A stretch of 60,947 bases of DNA from Ignavibacteriota bacterium (GTDB taxonomy: Bacteria > Bacteroidota > Ignavibacteria > UBA10030 > UBA6906). Positions 55,995-60,947 of this stretch are shown one piece after another; position 1 is the first letter of the stretch, and each line of letters opens with the position of its first letter. A program made the translations under genes and the position numbers. The DNA lies in contig JACRFA010000033.1 in NCBI GenBank assembly GCA_016218065.1, positions 1-60,947 of the forward strand, written 5' to 3'. A model generated the notes under the pieces. It did no database searches, was not told the origin of the DNA, and saw only the letters and a program-made list of their open reading frames with translations.

Positions 55995-56216
55995 ATGAGC
56001 CGGGCGTTCGTTCGCGAAAATGATGATCAGTGGCTGCACGATGTTGCGCCGACGATGAGTGCATTGCTTCTCTTTCTCACGCGAGAGAACAATGGCATCA
56101 GAGTGATTGAGGAGAGAAGTTATCTCGACGCTGATGGGCGCGAAGTGCACGTCATGAGCAACGGATTGTCGTACGCGAAAGATGCTGAGAACAAGTGGCG
56201 CGTCGTTGAGGAGTGA
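55995..56216 (+). CDS. small hypothetical protein (73 aa)
   Basis: The ATG at 55995 is preceded by GAAGGAG at a 5-nt spacing. The N-terminus is MSRAFVRENDD. I recognised no family. Confidence 0.45.
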   Translation: MSRAFVRENDDQWLHDVAPTMSALLLFLTRENNGIRVIEERSYLDADGREVHVMSNGLSYAKDAENKWRVVEE

Positions 56217-56492
56217 TTGTATAGCGATGGAACCGGACGCAGGCCCGGTTCATCACCGCGCGTTTTGCTCCCGCCGATTTTGTTCGTATGACTTGCGTGA
56301 ATATGACAGGAGAGCCTTTTTCAACACCCTGTTAGTAGCAAACTACCGACTACCGCAAGAATCACCCAAATCAATAACAGAATTCTTCTGGACATATCCA
56401 CCTCCCCGTTCACCCACTCATCAACACTTCACTTGTTATGACCTTCGGCTGGTAGTTTACACTTTTCCAACAGACATGCAAGAGAAGTTTTG

Positions 56493-56609
56493 GTAGAGAT
56501 TCTCCATCGGGAATCGCACTACCATTGTCATTCTGTCCCGACATAGTCGGGATCATAGAGGCGCCGTGCCTGCCGCCTGCCTGCCGGTAGACAGGGCAGG
56601 GCAGACAGG
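56493..56609. repeat. inverted-orientation copy of the element terminus plus GC-rich hairpins
   Basis: gtagagattctccatcgggaatcgcactaccattgtcattctg is the reverse complement of the cagaatgacaatggt..cgatt.ccgat.gggaatctctac ends at 29230-29268 and 38866-38906. It is followed by tcccgacatagtcggga and the cctgcc..ggcagg hairpins. Confidence 0.75.
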
Positions 56610-56931
56610 TATTTGCCTTTTTGTATTTGCGAGCGAACGGCGTTACCAACCGTGCCCTTCTAAATCGGATTTGAGAGCGGTCGATGCGTTGCTTTTTTAT
56701 AGCGCTTTGTGTATGATTCCTGCGAGTTCCATCTCATGCAAGGAAAACGGCCTTTTCCTCACTGCAAATTCTCCCGTTTCTGCTCGGCCGCGCTGATCGT
56801 TCTTTAAGATTTCAAGATCCGAGCAATTTTCCATTCAACCCTTTCACATTCGTCCACATCGCTGTCAAGCTTCTTGCTCGCGACGATGGTGCAAAATATT
56901 TGCCGACTTCAGCATGAAAAGCCCATAGACT

Positions 56932-59900
56932 ATGTTGAGGTTTCAGAAAATACACGCAGTTTCTTTTGTTCTCCTCTGTACAGCATTCACAATGGAATGC
57001 CCAGCGCAGACATCGCGTTTCTTCGATGCATGGCGTTGGGTGGAGTTCGACCTGGAATCCGGACTTCCGTCGAACCACACTTACGCGATCCTTGAAACCG
57101 AACAGGGAACTCCTTGGGTAATCACGAAGCTTGGCGTGGCATGGTACGATGACTACGTTTGGCATCAGGTTCCGTTTCCCGCGCGAACTCCCCTGAGCAA
57201 ACCGCAATCATTCTATTCTGACCGACTCGGTAGGGTGATTGTTGTTCACGATTCCTCTCTCTTCATCGGCGATACGACCGGCTTCGTTCGCCTTGATATC
57301 GCCAGTGTTCTCCAAGCAGCGCCGCTGACCGATGGCGGGGTGATGCTCGTACGCGGAGAATTGGGCAAGCCTAAAAGCATCGATATCTGGAATGGGACGA
57401 GATTAGTCGCTGTCGAGTCACCAGGACCAATTGCGGCTGGCGATGTGCCGGGACTTTGGCAAACTCAAACCGGAAGTGTGTGGCTCACCGCGGGGAATGG
57501 TCTCTTCTCTTTTGAGCGCGCAGCTTGGAGGCAACGATTCCGCGCGCAAGTAGCGGCTTTTTCTCTCGCCTGTGCGCGACTGGTAGAGAACGACTCCGGC
57601 AGCGGGTTGGCTCTCATTTATCGTCCGTTCGCTTCGCGCGGGCTGTGGGAGTGGAAGAGTGACAGAGAGTTTGTTTTGAATTCTACGATGAAGGGGGAAG
57701 ATATTGTTGGCGCTGATATCGCGCCCGATGGAACTGCATTTCTCGCCTTCAGCTCAGGATATTCTTTGATGCGGTATCACGGTCGGTGGTCTTCACCAAC
57801 ACTTGAACGACTCGCGCCTCGTCAGGTCGAGATGGTGAAGTTCAGACGAAACGGCGATCTATGGGTTTGCACCGAACGGGGGTTGCGCTTGTTCAAATAC
57901 TCATCCACTCGCTGGCAGTTTGAGTCGAAGCGATCCATGTCTCCCGATATGTATGTGAACGACATTCTGCTCGCGACAGACAGTTCACTCTGGCTCGCCA
58001 CTGGAGGCGGTCTGCGCGTAATCAGAAAAGACGGAACAGAGACAAGCATCCGGCAAATTCTCGGTCGAACAATCTACACGGCGACCGGATTGCTCGAAGA
58101 CAGAAATCGCAATATGTGGGTGTCCAGCGGATCCGATTTCACAGGCGCATACAGATGGAACGGCATACAGTGGAGGCGAGTCGGCATCGGCACTCCGCTC
58201 GACAGTACGCATATACACAGAATGCATCTTGACAAGAAAGGAAGAGTGTGGCTGCTTGGCATCTCGAAAAGTCTCGAACCGGCGCGCGATGAGAGAGAAC
58301 CCGGCGCCTTTGTTTTTGATGTTGGGAAGATTACAAGATGGGGCGTGCCCGAGGGCCTTTCCGGTGGTCGCGTCTATGCGGTAGAGGAAGGAAACGATGG
58401 ATCACTCTGGTTTGGAACGCTGGCAGGTCTGAGTTGCTGGAAGAATGGGGCGTGGCAGCATCGAAACCGGCAGCAACTCTTCTCAGCGCAGAAAGTCTTC
58501 GCGCTTGCATTCGACAAGCAGGGTCGATTGTGGTTCGCCGATGGCAAAGGCATTGTCGGCACGATTGATTCTACGGGCGTAGCGCGTCGCATCACGACGG
58601 ACGATGGCTTGCTTGACACGCGCGTGCTCGAGATTCGTGTCGATGAGAAGAACAGAGTCTGGTGCACGACTCCTGTCGGACTCGCGGTGTATGCCGATGG
58701 CGCATGGGGAGAGTTCGATGAATCGTCAGGAATCCTGAACGCCAATCTCTGGCCTGTGCTGCCGACACGTGATCGAGTATTTGTCGGGTCGCATTCCGGG
58801 CTTACGATTCTCACACTCACTCAAAATGATTTTGAAGCTCCCCGCGTCTACCTAGATCCGGCCATGACCAGCGGACGCACCGCGCTTTTGCGGTGGAAAG
58901 CGATCGCTCGTTGGAATGAAATTCCTTCTCGCCAAATCCAAACACGATATCGCATCGACGATCAGCCGTGGTCTCGTTGGTCAACGGCGCGTGAACTCAG
59001 CTTGCTGGACCTCGCGCCGGGTAATCACAACTTCGACGTGCAGACAAAATCGATTCTCGGCGGCGTGCGTTCATTCAGGACAGTGCAACAACCAGTGACC
59101 ATCACCATCCCGCTCACTGAAGATCCGCGCATCATGGCGCCGGTTGGAGTCGTGTTTCTGATCCTTTTGGTGTTTGCAATCGGAACGTCTGCCCGTGAAC
59201 GACGCGAGAAGCAACGGAGGCTCCGCGAAGAACTTCGCCTCGAACACGAGCATTCCGAGCGACTGGCGCAAGTGGACAAGCTCAAGTCGCGCTTCTTCGC
59301 GAACATTTCGCACGAGTTTCGCACCCCGCTCACTCTCGTGATCGGACCCATCGGGCAAGCGTTGTCGAAGATTGAAGATACCTGGGCAAGGGAGAAACTC
59401 GGCATGGCGCATCGCAACGCGGAAAAGCTGCATGATCTCATCAACCAACTACTCGACTTTTCCAGGATTGAATCGGGCACGATGAAGATAGCGGCGACTC
59501 GAGGAGACGTTGTTCCATTCGTGCAGCGAATTGTGCAATCATTTCACTCATGGGCTGAGCAGAAGAAGCAGAAGCTGGAGTTCATAAGCAGCGACGAAAA
59601 GATCGAGGGCCTTTTTGATCGGAGTAATCTCGAAAAGATTCTCAATAATCTCATTTCGAATGCGCTAAAGTTTTCGCCGGAGAAAGGTGAAATCATAATC
59701 CGGCTGTCGGTTGCAGAATACTTGGCGGAAGACCGAACACAGCGAAAACGAATGCTGATCTCCGTCTCGGATACGGGCATTGGCATCTCTGCGGATCATC
59801 TTCCACACATTTTCGATCGGTTCTACCGTGTGGATGATTCTCACGTCATCGAAGGAACAGGCATTGGTCTAGCGTTGACGAAAGAGTTGGTCGAGCTTCT

Positions 59901-60843
59901 TCATGGGCAGATGACCGTGGAGAGTGAGGTGGGAAAGGGAACGGAGTTTACCGTTCTGTTGCCGCTCGAATTCGATGCGAGTGAGATTGCAGCAGAGCTT
60001 GCTCCCGAACCGGAAAGGAGTCTGGTTTCACCATTGACAGAATCCAGCGGCGATCGACCGGCTGAAAAGGAGTCAGACGACAGCGCCGAGACAATTGTGC
60101 TGATCGTTGAGGACAGCGATGATGTCAGGGCCTACGTCAAGGAGTACCTCACCGATGAGTATTCGGTCATCGAAGCGCGAGATGGCAGCGAGGGCTTGGC
60201 AAAGGCGTGCGCCGTTGTGCCTGATCTTGTCATCAGCGACGTTATGATGCCGATGATGGATGGCTACGAGCTTGCCCGTGAGCTTAAGCGCGACGAGCGA
60301 ACGAGCCACATTCCCATCATTCTTCTGACTGCTCGTGCAGGCGCTGAAGATAAGTTGGAGGGTCTTGAACTTGGCGCCGACGATTATCTCACAAAACCTT
60401 TCGACGCTCGTGAGCTGCTTGCTCGCGCCAAGAACCTGATTGAGGGCAGGAGACGGCTCCGTGAGAAGCTCAGTAAGAGCGTGCCGCTGAGGCCAGGCGA
60501 AGTAGCACTTGCTTCGATGGAAGACGAATTCTTGAAAAAGGCGATTGACGTTGTTGACAGATGTATGGGAGATGAACGCTTCAGTGTCGATCAGTTCAGC
60601 CTGCAGATGAACATGAGCCGGATGCAATTGTACAGAAAACTTCGGGCGCTCACGAATCAGTCTGCTACCGAGTTTGTTCGCAGGCTTCGATTGCAGCGCG
60701 CGCATGATATGCTCGTCAAGAAGGTCGGTACGATCTCCGAAATCGCATACCAGACTGGCTTTGGAAGCCTGACGTATTTCGAGCGTTGCTATCACGAGCA
60801 GTTCGGCTGTACACCCCGCGACACCAGAGCCAAGCTCGCCTGA
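56932..60843 (+). CDS. hybrid two-component system sensor kinase/response regulator with an AraC-type HTH (HTCS architecture)
   Basis: Signal peptide, a long periplasmic region with regulator-propeller-like W-rich repeats and a Y_Y_Y-like segment, a TM helix, HisKA (FFANISHEFRTPLT), HATPase (GTGIGLALTKELVELLHG), REC (IVEDSDDV...ISDVMMPMMDG) and AraC HTH (..GFGSLTYFERCYHEQFGCTP). Confidence 0.88.
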   Translation: MLRFQKIHAVSFVLLCTAFTMECPAQTSRFFDAWRWVEFDLESGLPSNHTYAILETEQGTPWVITKLGVAWYDDYVWHQVPFPARTPLSKPQSFYSDRLGRVIVVHDSSLFIGDTTGFVRLDIASVLQAAPLTDGGVMLVRGELGKPKSIDIWNGTRLVAVESPGPIAAGDVPGLWQTQTGSVWLTAGNGLFSFERAAWRQRFRAQVAAFSLACARLVENDSGSGLALIYRPFASRGLWEWKSDREFVLNSTMKGEDIVGADIAPDGTAFLAFSSGYSLMRYHGRWSSPTLERLAPRQVEMVKFRRNGDLWVCTERGLRLFKYSSTRWQFESKRSMSPDMYVNDILLATDSSLWLATGGGLRVIRKDGTETSIRQILGRTIYTATGLLEDRNRNMWVSSGSDFTGAYRWNGIQWRRVGIGTPLDSTHIHRMHLDKKGRVWLLGISKSLEPARDEREPGAFVFDVGKITRWGVPEGLSGGRVYAVEEGNDGSLWFGTLAGLSCWKNGAWQHRNRQQLFSAQKVFALAFDKQGRLWFADGKGIVGTIDSTGVARRITTDDGLLDTRVLEIRVDEKNRVWCTTPVGLAVYADGAWGEFDESSGILNANLWPVLPTRDRVFVGSHSGLTILTLTQNDFEAPRVYLDPAMTSGRTALLRWKAIARWNEIPSRQIQTRYRIDDQPWSRWSTARELSLLDLAPGNHNFDVQTKSILGGVRSFRTVQQPVTITIPLTEDPRIMAPVGVVFLILLVFAIGTSARERREKQRRLREELRLEHEHSERLAQVDKLKSRFFANISHEFRTPLTLVIGPIGQALSKIEDTWAREKLGMAHRNAEKLHDLINQLLDFSRIESGTMKIAATRGDVVPFVQRIVQSFHSWAEQKKQKLEFISSDEKIEGLFDRSNLEKILNNLISNALKFSPEKGEIIIRLSVAEYLAEDRTQRKRMLISVSDTGIGISADHLPHIFDRFYRVDDSHVIEGTGIGLALTKELVELLHGQMTVESEVGKGTEFTVLLPLEFDASEIAAELAPEPERSLVSPLTESSGDRPAEKESDDSAETIVLIVEDSDDVRAYVKEYLTDEYSVIEARDGSEGLAKACAVVPDLVISDVMMPMMDGYELARELKRDERTSHIPIILLTARAGAEDKLEGLELGADDYLTKPFDARELLARAKNLIEGRRRLREKLSKSVPLRPGEVALASMEDEFLKKAIDVVDRCMGDERFSVDQFSLQMNMSRMQLYRKLRALTNQSATEFVRRLRLQRAHDMLVKKVGTISEIAYQTGFGSLTYFERCYHEQFGCTPRDTRAKLA

Positions 60844-60947
60844 TCACACCTTTCGCGATTTGGATCGCGATTCTCGCGGTTGACCAAATCCCCCCCATTT
60901 CGAGTCTTCCCTTCATGACAATCTTACTCGTGTTACATAGGTTCGCA

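Overview
This is a 60.9 kb chromosomal segment that looks like it comes from an FCB-group bacterium (Ignavibacteriota/Kapabacteria-like or a Bacteroidota relative). That placement is an inference from three type-IX-secretion C-terminal sorting domains (NYPNPFNP...), a hybrid two-component AraC-type regulator, a CarboxypepD_reg-type TonB-dependent receptor and LytS/LytTR regulators. I could run no searches, so every product call rests on motifs read in the supplied translations.

I call about 50 protein genes, 2 tRNAs (Val-UAC, Gly-CCC), 1 TPP riboswitch with a terminator-type expression platform, 2 toxin-antitoxin pairs and a family of nested palindromic intergenic repeats.
- Housekeeping genes: fahA (5'-truncated), serA, ettA, tkt-rpiB-tal, a TrmH-family methyltransferase and fadD.
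- Envelope and transport genes: a FadL-like channel plus an SGNH lipoprotein, GT2/GT39/GT87-like glycosyltransferases, EamA, an ArsB/NhaD-type permease and an SSS permease.

The best candidate for an undescribed system is a tightly coupled operon at 50501-56216. It encodes a PqqD-like RRE protein, an ATP-grasp ligase, a fold-type-III PLP decarboxylase, a urea-transporter-like membrane domain fused to an M23 metallopeptidase with a large unassigned C-terminal domain, a TPR protein and a small ORF.

Other notable observations:
- Both tRNA genes are followed by tandem copies of their own 3' halves, and the T-loops of those copies are interrupted by small hairpin elements.
- Filled-versus-empty site pairs indicate a mobile element of about 57 bp.
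- A TPP-riboswitch-controlled thiamine-salvage operon carries an SSS-family permease where a PnuT-type transporter would be expected.
- An HD phosphohydrolase is fused to a Pycsar-effector-like TM module with no cyclase nearby.
- A tandem HAD paralogue has lost all of its catalytic residues.
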